Source: Methylocystis sp.
GTDB lineage: Bacteria > Pseudomonadota > Alphaproteobacteria > Rhizobiales > Beijerinckiaceae
Assembly: GCA_036560365.1 (NCBI GenBank)
Contig: DATBRI010000085.1
Location: 5,300-69,299 of the forward strand
Length of the DNA: 64,000 bases
Reading direction: 5' to 3'
Of the stretch, positions 1-9,340 are shown piece by piece. The notes beneath the pieces were generated by a model, which ran no database searches, was not told the DNA's origin, and saw only the letters and a program-made list of their open reading frames with translations. Numbering within the stretch: position 1 is the stretch's first letter; each line of letters starts with the position of its first letter. The position numbers and the translations under genes are program-made.

Positions 1-248
1 CGAAATCAGTGGACATCAACATGCTCCAAAAGCCGTCCTAAAGCGCCTCCGCAGCTGCGCCGAGCGGATCCCTACACCACAAATCAGGGGATTGTCGCAC
101 CATACGTAATTGCAAGCCTGATCTACTTTGCTGGGAACGGCACGGCGGCGTCGCTCCTCAAGCAAATGCAGTGCAAAACTCTCATTCCGTTGTTCCGCCG
201 TTTCGGCGCCGACGCCGGATCCGTTGATGCGCGGCTCGTGCTGAAGCG

Positions 249-1016
249 CTAGTTTGATCTGTCGCTCTCGAACACTTCAGCGCGAGCTTCGACGATCTCT
301 TTTATCGACCCGTCTTGCGCGAATGGCGCCAGCGCATTGAGCACGGCCGTGCGCATCTGCTCGACGCTCGCGCCGAGCCGCTCTGTCGACGAGGAGGATT
401 TCGACAGAACACGCTCGACCAGGAGCTCCATGGGAATCGTCTGCTCCGTTTCCGCGCTAATCTCTTCGGCGCGGCGGCGAAAACGGGTTTCCGCAAAAAA
501 GGCGCTCGGATCCCGCTCGTAACGGTCTGCGCCGCCCGTCTCGGTCCAGCTACCACGCGCCTCGTCATAGGCCGCGAGCCAGGGATTACGACCATCGGCG
601 ACGCTCGCCGCCCGGCAGATGAGAACGCGGCCGTTGGGCGTGACGACACGGTTCAGCTCTGCGCGCGTGGGATCGGGCTTCATCCAGTGGAGCGCGCGCC
701 CGATGGTCACGAGAGTGAAGGACCCCGTGTTCAGCGGCAAGGCCTCGGCCCGAGCGCGGATCAGGCGCAGATCGACCCCCGAGCGTTCCGTCGCCGCGCG
801 CGCGGCCTCGATCATCGCCGGCTCGGGATCAACGCCTACGACTTCGCCGACAAAGGGCGCGAAGCCAATCGCGAGCAGCCCTGGCCCCGCGCCGAGATCG
901 AGGAGACGGTCGTCGCCGCTAAGCCCGAGGATGCCCGCGACTTTTTCGAAGAAGGCGGCGCCGTAGGGTTCTCGAGCCCCCTCGTAGAATGGAATTGTCG
1001 AAGCGAAGCGTCCCAC
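249..1016 (-). CDS. class I SAM-dependent methyltransferase
   Basis: 255-aa ORF. SAM-binding motif I 'LLDLGAGPGLLAIGF' is followed by the acidic loop 'VVGVDPEP'. The other ORFs here are antisense shadows. Confidence 0.8.
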   Translation of the reverse strand: MGRFASTIPFYEGAREPYGAAFFEKVAGILGLSGDDRLLDLGAGPGLLAIGFAPFVGEVVGVDPEPAMIEAARAATERSGVDLRLIRARAEALPLNTGSFTLVTIGRALHWMKPDPTRAELNRVVTPNGRVLICRAASVADGRNPWLAAYDEARGSWTETGGADRYERDPSAFFAETRFRRRAEEISAETEQTIPMELLVERVLSKSSSSTERLGASVEQMRTAVLNALAPFAQDGSIKEIVEARAEVFESDRSN

Positions 1017-1141
1017 CAGATGTTTCCTTAAACGGAATCGCCACTATGGCATCACAATTGGCGCACTTTGGCGTCTCGCTCTGGCGAGACAAATACCTTT
1101 GACATGCGTCGCGCTTACCAGGCGATTTCGGGAGCAGTGAG

Positions 1142-2281
1142 ATGGAGTCAGACCAGGAATTAGCTGCAAAGCGGCTAGACGAAAGAGCTCGCCAATCGGA
1201 AGCGCTTTCTTGGCGGGAAAGCGTCGCGCGCCTGCTTCTCTCGGCGATATTAGTCGTTTTCGGCCTGTATGTGCTGGCGAATTACCTGCGTGCATTGGTA
1301 TGGGCGCTCGTGTTGGCGATCGCCCTCTGGCCGCTCTACGATCGCGTTCGCCAAAAGATGACGCCTTGGGCGGCGAAGGAGATTTTGCCTATCGTCTTTA
1401 CAATCCTCGTCGGTTTGGCCGTCTTTCTGCCGGTAGCGGTTCTCGCGGTCGACGCGGTCCGCGAAGTGCGTGACCTAATCGACTTTGCTCGCAGTGCCGA
1501 AAAATCTGGAATTCCTGTGCCGGAGTTTGCCGTCCGGCTCCCTTTCATTGGACAGTGGGTCGCTAACTGGTGGGGCGAACATCTATCGCATGCCGGATGG
1601 GCCAAAGAGATTCTTGCAAAGGCGAACACCTCGTCACTCCGTGAGTTCGGCGCGAACCTGGGCGCAAATATGCTGCATCGCGGAGTCATCTTTGGCATAT
1701 CTCTGCTGACGCTGTTCTTTTTGTTTCGTCATGGCGAGAGCGTATCAGCGCAATGCCGCGCCGCATCCCAAAAGCTGTTTGGCGAACGGGGCGAACGTGT
1801 CGCCCTGCAGATGGTCGCGTCCGTGCATGGAACAGTTGCTGGACTCGTCTTCGTGGCGATCGGCGAAGGCATGCTGATGGGACTTGTCTACTTCTTCACC
1901 CATTTGCCTCATCCGATTTTATTTGCGACGGCGACCGCACTCGCTGCGATGATCCCCTTCGCAGCGGGAATTGCGGTAAGCGTCGCAGCTGTCGTCCTGC
2001 TCGGAGGAGAAGGATTCGCACCGGCCATGATTGTCGCAATAGCCGGCTTCATTGTTATTTTCCTAGCTGATCACTTTGTGAGGCCGAAGCTGATTGGAGG
2101 CGCTACGAAGCTGCCGTTTTTGTGGGTGCTGCTTGGCATTCTCGGCGGCATTGAAAGCTTCCAACTTCTTGGCCTTTTTTTGGGTCCTGCGATAATGGCG
2201 GCATTGATGCTGCTCTGGCGAGAATTAACGGCCTCTGCGGCCAATTGCTCAGCCCGTCTATGCGAGCCTCCGAACTCCTAA
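1142..2281 (+). CDS. AI-2E family (PerM/UPF0118) transporter
   Basis: 379-aa ORF with about 8 hydrophobic helices and the family-typical C-terminal 'FVRPKLIGGATKLPFLWVLLGILGGIESFQLLGLFLGP'. Confidence 0.75.
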   Translation: MESDQELAAKRLDERARQSEALSWRESVARLLLSAILVVFGLYVLANYLRALVWALVLAIALWPLYDRVRQKMTPWAAKEILPIVFTILVGLAVFLPVAVLAVDAVREVRDLIDFARSAEKSGIPVPEFAVRLPFIGQWVANWWGEHLSHAGWAKEILAKANTSSLREFGANLGANMLHRGVIFGISLLTLFFLFRHGESVSAQCRAASQKLFGERGERVALQMVASVHGTVAGLVFVAIGEGMLMGLVYFFTHLPHPILFATATALAAMIPFAAGIAVSVAAVVLLGGEGFAPAMIVAIAGFIVIFLADHFVRPKLIGGATKLPFLWVLLGILGGIESFQLLGLFLGPAIMAALMLLWRELTASAANCSARLCEPPNS

Positions 2282-2418
2282 AATCTTGTCGCCGCAACCG
2301 CTTTGGAAGTCCTGCGATGCATTGCCTGGGATCCGTGCGCGTCCCGCAGTAAAAGCCACATCATAAAACGACCGCAAAGCCGTCTTATGCGACGTCACCA
2401 AAAGGTTCCGAGAACGCC

Positions 2419-2847
2419 ATGGATCCTCGCCTGAAAAAGCTCTTGGCAGCGACTGTTATGTTCGCATACTGGCTTGCAGCGGCCCAAACAATGGGCGAAC
2501 CAACTCAAGCGCGGCCTGTTGAATCGAAGGCTGGCGCGCGCGCCGCGACTGCATACGCGCACTCAAAAAAAGGGGCAAAGCCGGAGTCGCCTCCATGTCC
2601 GCGAGGGACGTGGAAGGACGATCCCGTCTGTTTCGGGGAAGGGGAACTGGATGGTTTGCCTCTACCCTCGGCAAGTTCCATTCAGCGCAGCAATCCGCCA
2701 AAAGAATTGACGGTTAATCCGACAGCCAACCTGAATCCGAGTCCGTCCTCACCCGGTCCTTATCAGGCTGGCGTTGTCTACCAGCCAAATGGTAACGCAG
2801 TCACATCAAGTTATGGCGGTGGAGTGAGCGTTCAGCTTCCCTTTTGA
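2419..2847 (+). CDS. hypothetical secreted protein
   Basis: 142-aa ORF with a signal-like N-terminus 'KKLLAATVMFAYWLAAAQT' and a Pro/Ser/Gly-rich mature part. No family recognised. Confidence 0.4.
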   Translation: MDPRLKKLLAATVMFAYWLAAAQTMGEPTQARPVESKAGARAATAYAHSKKGAKPESPPCPRGTWKDDPVCFGEGELDGLPLPSASSIQRSNPPKELTVNPTANLNPSPSSPGPYQAGVVYQPNGNAVTSSYGGGVSVQLPF

Positions 2848-3093
2848 GCGTCGAAGGCGCCGCAGGGGGTCGCAGATGCACCTTTCTTTATTTTCTCAAT
2901 TATTAACCGCGAACTCGGCCGCATCAGACGGCACGCGTCGCGAAAGGGGATTTCTCAGTCAGAAGTGAGCGAGCAACGGTCTCATCCTTGCTTGGATAAG
3001 ACGTGGACATAGATGGCACGCGGACGCGAGCGTCGGCTTCCGATCGCAGTCGGCGTAGTCCCTTATCGACGACGTGCTGGAGCGGAGTGACGA

Positions 3094-3699
3094 ATGGCTG
3101 AAACGTCGCAAGCGGTCGATCTCCGGAACACAAATGACGGTCGACAGTTTTCAAACATTCTGTGGCTGATCGCGGCTCTCGCTCTGCTATTTTGCATTTT
3201 GGGTATTGTCTTTGATTGGTTAACCGCCTCGACGAGCTATTTCGAGGACGGTGTCGTTTGGATTTATGACAGCGTAATCTATGGATTGGTGGCGATCTCT
3301 TTCGGGAGAGGAGTTTTCTTGGAGCGAACAGCGGCGATCACGCTTTCGCTCGTTCTTGCTGTCGCCGGATGTCATGGATCCTATGACGTTTTCAGCGAAG
3401 TCGTGCAAAGAGGAACGGACGTAGCGCTCACCTCGCCAATCTCTGCCTCAGTATTTGCAGCTGGCACAATCCTGGAGGCTGCCCTCCTGTTTAGATACCG
3501 AAAGTCAGGGGAGCCATTGATGAAAGGGGCTTGGCTTTCCGCCCGAAACTCTGCGGTGATTGGTCTTGCCGGAGCGGCCGCGCCACTCCTCTTTCGCGCG
3601 CCGACCGCCCTTAGCCCACAGGTTTTCGTTGACTGCTTGGATACGATCCTAGCGTTTCAGGCAGCGTTTTTTGTGGCCCGGGAAACCATCGAAATCTAG
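3094..3699 (+). CDS. hypothetical integral membrane protein
   Basis: 201-aa ORF with 5-6 hydrophobic helices. No family recognised. It converges on the NRPS gene with a 22-nt gap. Confidence 0.5.
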   Translation: MAETSQAVDLRNTNDGRQFSNILWLIAALALLFCILGIVFDWLTASTSYFEDGVVWIYDSVIYGLVAISFGRGVFLERTAAITLSLVLAVAGCHGSYDVFSEVVQRGTDVALTSPISASVFAAGTILEAALLFRYRKSGEPLMKGAWLSARNSAVIGLAGAAAPLLFRAPTALSPQVFVDCLDTILAFQAAFFVARETIEI

Positions 3700-3721
3700 C
3701 GAGCTCCCCGCGCGACGGCGA

Positions 3722-6700
3722 TCATCGAGCGGGCTCCGCGGGGGAGCCGATCCACCGCGACGCTGCAGGGATAGCCTCCCCTTTCATGACAACGGTCAGA
3801 GGGCCGAGCTGCGCATAATCGCCGACACGAGTGTCATACAAAATCGTCGAGCCGGGTCCCACCGTAACGCCTTCGCCCACCTCGATCGACCCAATCTTCA
3901 TCAGCCGATCTTCGTAAAGGTGCGTTTGCAACGCGCTGCCCATATTGAGCGCACAGTAATCTCCGACGCTCACGCAATCGAATTCGGTAAGGTCCGTCAT
4001 GTCCATATAGACGCCTTTGCCGAATTTTGCGCCGAACAGACGCAAGACCCACGGTAGGAACGGCGTTCCCCGCAAATGGTCCAGCAATATGTGGCCCGTC
4101 ATTCCCCAATACAAAACCGTGCTGGTTTCGTTGCGAATGGCCCAAAAGGACCACATCGGCCGGACTTGCGGTTTATAGCTTCCCATCGTGGTCCATTTCA
4201 CCGCAGCGGCCACAAACATAACGGCCAAAGGGATCAGCGTTGCGGCAAGAATGAACAGCCCGATGAAGCCGGGATAATCTCTCGCGACGAGCTTTCCGCC
4301 GAAAATTTCGACGGCCCAAGTGCCGAACGTGATATAGAGCATCGACGGCAATGAGATATTAAGCGCCTCGTAAGCCGCCCTGCCAAATTTTCGCATTCGC
4401 GTCGGGTTGAACGTCAAAGCGACGTCAGCCGAATCCGCTCTCTGGCGCGCCGGCAACAGGATCGGCGGCGAGCCGAACCAAGTCTCGCCGCTATGCACTT
4501 CGCGCCCAGTCGGCGGCTTCGATTTTACGCCAATCAAGGCATCCGACGGCAATGATGTTCCGGGCGGAACAATGGCGTCGTTTCCGATAAATACTCTGTC
4601 TCCTACCGCAACCGGCTTGAGGCGCATCCACCCCCTGCGAATATCCTCATCTCCGAGCGCGACTTCGTCGGCGACGAAGCAATTCTCGCCGATGGCGACA
4701 ATATCGTAGCGACCCGCAAGATTGGTTGCGATCTCGGATCCTTTGCCGATCCGGGCGCCCATGAGCTGGTACCAAGCCCGCATGTACAGCGTTGCGTACA
4801 GAGAGGACAGCGTATCGAGCGCAACTTCGGTCGCTAGGGACACGGCCCAGCGGCGCAGATAGAAGAATGACCATACCGAATATCTACCCGCCTTCGCACG
4901 CGGCAAAACCGTCCAGCGGAAAACGGCGACAAGAGCGATGGTCGTCAACACCAGGACGAACGCGGTGGGCCATGCGAGGAGTGGGATCGCCGCGAGATAA
5001 TAATGGTATTCGGATTCAGAAAACTTCATTGTGGCTTCGATTGCGTCGAACGCCCAGAACGCCGGAAATATAGGCAACAGGCCCAGTACGGGTAGAATGA
5101 GAACCAGAATTGCAGAAACGAGATGTACGGCGATTCGCCTCGCCATCGTCGCTGGCGCCGGGGTTTCGAGCGCCTCAGCACTGACGGTTCCGCTGCGCCG
5201 CCCAGGCGAACCGTCCCATATTTCGCAGGGACCAATACGCGATCCGCTAGGCAGGGAAGTCAGGTCTTCCAGGACGGCGCCATCGCCGATCGCGACTCCT
5301 TCCTCGATCACGCAGCCCGTGCCGATATAAGCATCCGCTCCAATCTCGACAGTTCCAATGACGAGTTCATTTCCTTCAACCCGCGCATTGGCGATTTTGA
5401 GTTTCGAGCCAAGGGACGCGCCAGCGCCAATCGACACGAGATCTATTGCGCCGATCTCAATATCGCTAATTTGCGCGTCGTGACCGATCTTCGCACCTAT
5501 TGCGGCGAGATATAGCGGCATCAGCGGCGAATTTTGCAGCAGTCTTGCGTTCGTGAGCGCCAGGAGCCGCTGCGATAGCCACCATCGAAAAAAATACACG
5601 CCCCACAGCCGGTAACGACCCGGCTGGGTGCGCCCGATGACGAGCCACTTGCCGGCAATAGAGATCACTAAGGTCGACAAAGTGACGCAGAGAATGATGC
5701 CAAAAAGGCTTATCGCCTCTTCCGCAAAGCTTGCGTTTTCCGGAGTGATCAAGATGTAGGAAATGAAGATGGCGAGCCATTGAGCCGCCGAAATCGACAG
5801 CAACAACGGCAAAACGAAGAGCTGCGCCAAACCGCAGAAAACGCGCCTTCGAAGGGGCGGCGGATCGAAGGCAAGATCCTTAGCCGGTTCTATCTGACTT
5901 GCATTCAGATGAGCGGCAAGGCTTCGCAGCGTTCTGAACTCATATAAATCCTGCAGCGTGATCGACGCTAGTCTCGGCGTTTCTCGTATGATCGAAACGA
6001 AGTGCGCGGCGAGAAGCGAATGGCCGCCTAGATCCATAAAAAAATCTGCGTCAAGAGGAGCCGTTGCGGTCGAAAGCACCCTTCGAGCGACCTGTTGGAG
6101 TTGAGCTTCGATTTCGTTGCGCGGTTCGCTTTGTACGTCTTCATCGTACGCCGCTCGTTGCGGCAAAACCATGCTTTTGAGACTTTTTTTATCTATCTTG
6201 CCGGACGTCAGCGTCGGCAACGAGGAGACCGCCAGAAACCTCGAAGGCGTCATGTATGAAGGTAGCGCTTTTCTGAGGGCAGCGCGCAAATCGCCTTCGC
6301 GCGGCTGAGAGTCGTCGGCCACAAAGAAGGCCACGAGTTCGTCGATCCCCGCTTCATTGCGCAATACGACCGCCGCCTGCCGAACACCAGATTGAGTCGC
6401 GAGAACGGCTTCGATTTCTCCGAGCTCGACGCGGAAGCCGCGAATCTTGACCTGATCATCGATTCGTCCGCGAAAAACGAAGTTGCCGCTCTCGTTAAGA
6501 ACAACAGCGTCGCCGGAACGATAGAGAACGGGATCCACGCCGTCCGCGTAAAAAGGGTTCGCAATGAATTTTTCCGCCGTAAGGCTATCACGCTTCAGGT
6601 ACCCCTTCGCGATGCCTGGCCCGCCGATGAGAAGTTCGCCTTCTGTGCCGCGGGGAAGCAGTGAAACCGCTTCATCGACGACGTAGCAGGAATAATTTGG

Positions 6701-7831
6701 AATCGGATTCCCGATGGTCACGGCTTCGCCAGGCCTGACCTCGGCCACGGTCGCCACGACGGTTGCCTCCGTCGGGCCATAGCTATTGTAAATGCGCCGG
6801 CCTTCGCGAGACCAGCGCTCGGCGACGCCGGGAGGGCAGGCTTCTCCGCCCAAGATGATCATTCGTAATGTCGCGATGTCTCGAGGCAGCGCATTTAGCA
6901 GCGTCGGGACAGTATCGAGGATGGTTACGCCAGCCCGCTCCAGAACGATTGGCAACCCCTCCATATCGGTAACAATTTTGGAGGTCGCCACGAACAACGC
7001 CGCTCCGGCGAGATAGCTGATCCAAATTTCCTCCATAGAGAGATCAAAGGCGATAGACGCGCCCTGGAAACTCACATCGGAAGGCAAGAAACCGTAAATC
7101 TCATTGGCTGCCCTCAGATAATGGCAGATATTCCGATTCGTAATGATCGTTCCCTTGGGTTTCCCTGTAGAGCCAGACGTGTAGATGATGTAGGCAGGAT
7201 GCTCGGCGGTCGCTCCCAGCTGTCTTGCCGTCGGCAACTGATCAAACGGGTCAGCCGCGAGTTCGGACGCGAAGATTGCTTCAACCGGTAGACCCTCGAA
7301 GGGCCTACCGGAAAATTCGTGAGCGGTGACAAGAAGGCGCGCGCCGGCGTCCTCAAGGCAAACCGCGACTCGGTCAATCGGCGCTTCCGCATCGAAGGGG
7401 AGCCACGCGGCGCCGGTTTTAGCTATCCCAAGCTGAACGATCAGAACGTCGATGCCCCGCGGCATCCAAAGACCAACGACGTCGCCTGGACCGATCCCGC
7501 GCGCAAGCAGCCCTCTTCGGATAGAGTCCGACCGAACATCGAGCTCGCCGTAGGTCAAGGAATGATCCAAGCTCTTCAAGGCAAGGGCGTCCGGACGGCG
7601 TTCCTTGGTTTCGGCGAAGACTTCGCAGAGCAATTCGTCCCGAAGTAGGTGCCTCGCGGCCTTTCCATGCACGACAGAGAGAGGTAACGCTTCCTCGGCC
7701 GAAATTTGATTGTTGGCAGAGACCAAGTGGAGGCACGCATCGTCCATGATCAAGCAAGCCCACTTTGTGCTGGATGGTGTAAGATCATATGCTTTCATTG
7801 CATCCGACCGTGCTTCATTCGCCGGGAGCAT
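3722..7831 (-). CDS. Pls/PosA-type single-module non-ribosomal peptide synthetase (A-T plus three TM-flanked hexapeptide-repeat domains)
   Basis: 1369-aa ORF. Adenylation motifs occur in order: 'YIIYTSGSTGKPKG' (A3), 'FDLSMEE' (A4), 'NSYGPTEATV' (A5), 'GELLIGGPGIAKGYL' (A6), 'YRSGDAV' (A7), 'GRIDDQVKIRGFRVELGEIE' (A8), 'LPSYMTPS' (A9), 'SGKIDKK' (A10). The carrier motif is 'FFMDLGGHSLLAA'. Three blocks of hydrophobic helices follow, each with a left-handed-beta-helix-like repeat ('IGAKIGHDAQISDIEIGA..', 'MGARIGKGSEIATNLAG..', 'FGAKFGKGVYMDMTDL..'). An alternative start at M13 (7795) is possible. Confidence 0.85.
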   Translation of the reverse strand: MLPANEARSDAMKAYDLTPSSTKWACLIMDDACLHLVSANNQISAEEALPLSVVHGKAARHLLRDELLCEVFAETKERRPDALALKSLDHSLTYGELDVRSDSIRRGLLARGIGPGDVVGLWMPRGIDVLIVQLGIAKTGAAWLPFDAEAPIDRVAVCLEDAGARLLVTAHEFSGRPFEGLPVEAIFASELAADPFDQLPTARQLGATAEHPAYIIYTSGSTGKPKGTIITNRNICHYLRAANEIYGFLPSDVSFQGASIAFDLSMEEIWISYLAGAALFVATSKIVTDMEGLPIVLERAGVTILDTVPTLLNALPRDIATLRMIILGGEACPPGVAERWSREGRRIYNSYGPTEATVVATVAEVRPGEAVTIGNPIPNYSCYVVDEAVSLLPRGTEGELLIGGPGIAKGYLKRDSLTAEKFIANPFYADGVDPVLYRSGDAVVLNESGNFVFRGRIDDQVKIRGFRVELGEIEAVLATQSGVRQAAVVLRNEAGIDELVAFFVADDSQPREGDLRAALRKALPSYMTPSRFLAVSSLPTLTSGKIDKKSLKSMVLPQRAAYDEDVQSEPRNEIEAQLQQVARRVLSTATAPLDADFFMDLGGHSLLAAHFVSIIRETPRLASITLQDLYEFRTLRSLAAHLNASQIEPAKDLAFDPPPLRRRVFCGLAQLFVLPLLLSISAAQWLAIFISYILITPENASFAEEAISLFGIILCVTLSTLVISIAGKWLVIGRTQPGRYRLWGVYFFRWWLSQRLLALTNARLLQNSPLMPLYLAAIGAKIGHDAQISDIEIGAIDLVSIGAGASLGSKLKIANARVEGNELVIGTVEIGADAYIGTGCVIEEGVAIGDGAVLEDLTSLPSGSRIGPCEIWDGSPGRRSGTVSAEALETPAPATMARRIAVHLVSAILVLILPVLGLLPIFPAFWAFDAIEATMKFSESEYHYYLAAIPLLAWPTAFVLVLTTIALVAVFRWTVLPRAKAGRYSVWSFFYLRRWAVSLATEVALDTLSSLYATLYMRAWYQLMGARIGKGSEIATNLAGRYDIVAIGENCFVADEVALGDEDIRRGWMRLKPVAVGDRVFIGNDAIVPPGTSLPSDALIGVKSKPPTGREVHSGETWFGSPPILLPARQRADSADVALTFNPTRMRKFGRAAYEALNISLPSMLYITFGTWAVEIFGGKLVARDYPGFIGLFILAATLIPLAVMFVAAAVKWTTMGSYKPQVRPMWSFWAIRNETSTVLYWGMTGHILLDHLRGTPFLPWVLRLFGAKFGKGVYMDMTDLTEFDCVSVGDYCALNMGSALQTHLYEDRLMKIGSIEVGEGVTVGPGSTILYDTRVGDYAQLGPLTVVMKGEAIPAASRWIGSPAEPAR

Positions 7832-7960
7832 GAATGCGCAGCGTCACTGGCCACGGCGAGAGACAATTCTATGCAACAGACCGGGCCCCGATATAGAGCG
7901 ACATATCGATCCAGCGCCGAGGCGTTTTCGCGTCAATTCGGGCGACTGATCGTTGCGCGC

Positions 7961-8320
7961 ATGAAACAAACTTATCTTGTCGCGCTGCTCGCTTGGGCCA
8001 TTATTTTTCATTCAAGCCTAGCGCTTTCCCAGACAGCTCAATCTGCGGCGGACAAACAGGTTAGCGGTTTTCAGTTTGCAGCTCCCGTTCTTTCAAAGTT
8101 CGAAGCGCGGCGTATTCGCCACCGCTGCCGCGATCAAGTTGGGAAGGCCATGAACAAAGAACTGCGCCACTGCTTCGAAATGCACGTTATTGCAAGGCGG
8201 CTTGCGGCCGAGTGCAGGCATAAGGCGCAAACCGCAAACCTCCACGGGCGCGATAAGGATGAAGCAGTGAAGCACTGCCTCGCCGAAAAACTCGGCAGTG
8301 GTACGCCAAAAGAGCCTTAA
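7961..8320 (+). CDS. hypothetical small secreted protein (4 Cys, basic)
   Basis: An internal ATG of ORF 7706..8320 gives the signal peptide 'MKQTYLVALLAWAIIFHSSLALSQT'. The upstream part of the ORF overlaps the NRPS 5' end and looks non-coding. Confidence 0.45.
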   Translation: MKQTYLVALLAWAIIFHSSLALSQTAQSAADKQVSGFQFAAPVLSKFEARRIRHRCRDQVGKAMNKELRHCFEMHVIARRLAAECRHKAQTANLHGRDKDEAVKHCLAEKLGSGTPKEP

Positions 8321-8668
8321 GCGTCTCCAACGCAAGGCGTCCGCCAGAAGCTTCGTTGATTGATCGCTGGAGACATGTAACCGGAGCCATATAATACGAG
8401 CGCGCCATTTTCTCGTTGCTGCAATGCGTCTCTAATGTTTCCAGTGTTCATGTTGCCTCACGGCAAGATCGCGCTTCGGCGGCGCGCGCTCGGTGGTCCG
8501 AAATGGTTCTGGCGAAAGCGTGACTTTGCAGAAACCGTTCAGCAAAGATCCGGAAAAGCAATTGGTCAGTTGATTGATCCTAGTCTCTTTCGCGGTAATA
8601 AAACGCGTGGTAGGCCTCGCCCATAAGCGCATCGACTTGCAATCGAAGCGATCGTTACAGGCGCTCGA

Positions 8669-9175
8669 ATGCGATGTCTTAGAAAATCATTGGCGAGAAC
8701 GTTTGCTTGTCTCGCGTTTGCTCATTTTTCAATGAGCGCCCTGCGCGCGCAACAGCCTAAAACCTCAAAATATGGCGTCTGGGAATCCCAGTGCGCGGCG
8801 ACGTCCAATGGAAAGGCATGCGCCCTGGTCCAAAAGATGATGTCGGAGGAACAGCCGAGTATCGGCATCATGGTGAGCGTCAGGAAATCGCCGGGCACGC
8901 CCAACGGAGTGATCGAATTTTTTGCCCCGCCGGGAACTTTCTTGCTGGAGGGCGTGGGGATCAAAGTCGATAATTATGAACTCGGGAAGTTGCCATTCTT
9001 CAGATGCAATCAGATTGCATGTGCAGCCGAAGGCCAGATCGGCAACGACGTGCTCGACAAGATGCTAAACGGCAAAACCATGTTAGTAACGATCTACCTT
9101 AATCCAGGCGAGGGAGTTCGTCACATCTTCAAGCTAGATGGCTTCGAAGATGGCTATAAAGCGCTGCGAGAGTGA
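8669..9175 (+). CDS. invasion-associated locus B (IalB) family periplasmic protein
   Basis: 168-aa ORF with a signal peptide and the IalB-like pattern 'YGVWESQC....GKACALVQ', 'FFAPPGTFLLEGVGIKVD', 'FFRCNQIACAAE'. Confidence 0.6.
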   Translation: MRCLRKSLARTFACLAFAHFSMSALRAQQPKTSKYGVWESQCAATSNGKACALVQKMMSEEQPSIGIMVSVRKSPGTPNGVIEFFAPPGTFLLEGVGIKVDNYELGKLPFFRCNQIACAAEGQIGNDVLDKMLNGKTMLVTIYLNPGEGVRHIFKLDGFEDGYKALRE

Positions 9176-9340
9176 ACCGAAGGGCCCTGATCGCGAATGG
9201 AGCGGGAGGCTTTTTGCGATTCAAGGTGGCTTTCGCGCCAGCAAATCAACGTAGGCTCAGCCGGTCTCCTCACGCCAGCGCTTTGAATTCCTGCAAGGCT
9301 CCTTAGCTAATCATCGTTGCGCACGCCACGGAGCCGGCCG

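Noticed and set aside
3703-3747. GC-rich inverted repeat (GCTCCCCGCG ... CGCGGGGGAGC) between the convergent membrane-protein and NRPS genes
   Set aside because: It has a 10-bp stem with a bulge, a loop of about 24 nt and no T-tract. One arm lies inside the NRPS coding end. It is not convincing as an intrinsic terminator.
7706-7960. N-terminal extension of ORF 7706..8320
   Set aside because: It overlaps the 5' end of the NRPS gene on the other strand and has no coding-like features. The signal peptide begins at the internal ATG 7961.
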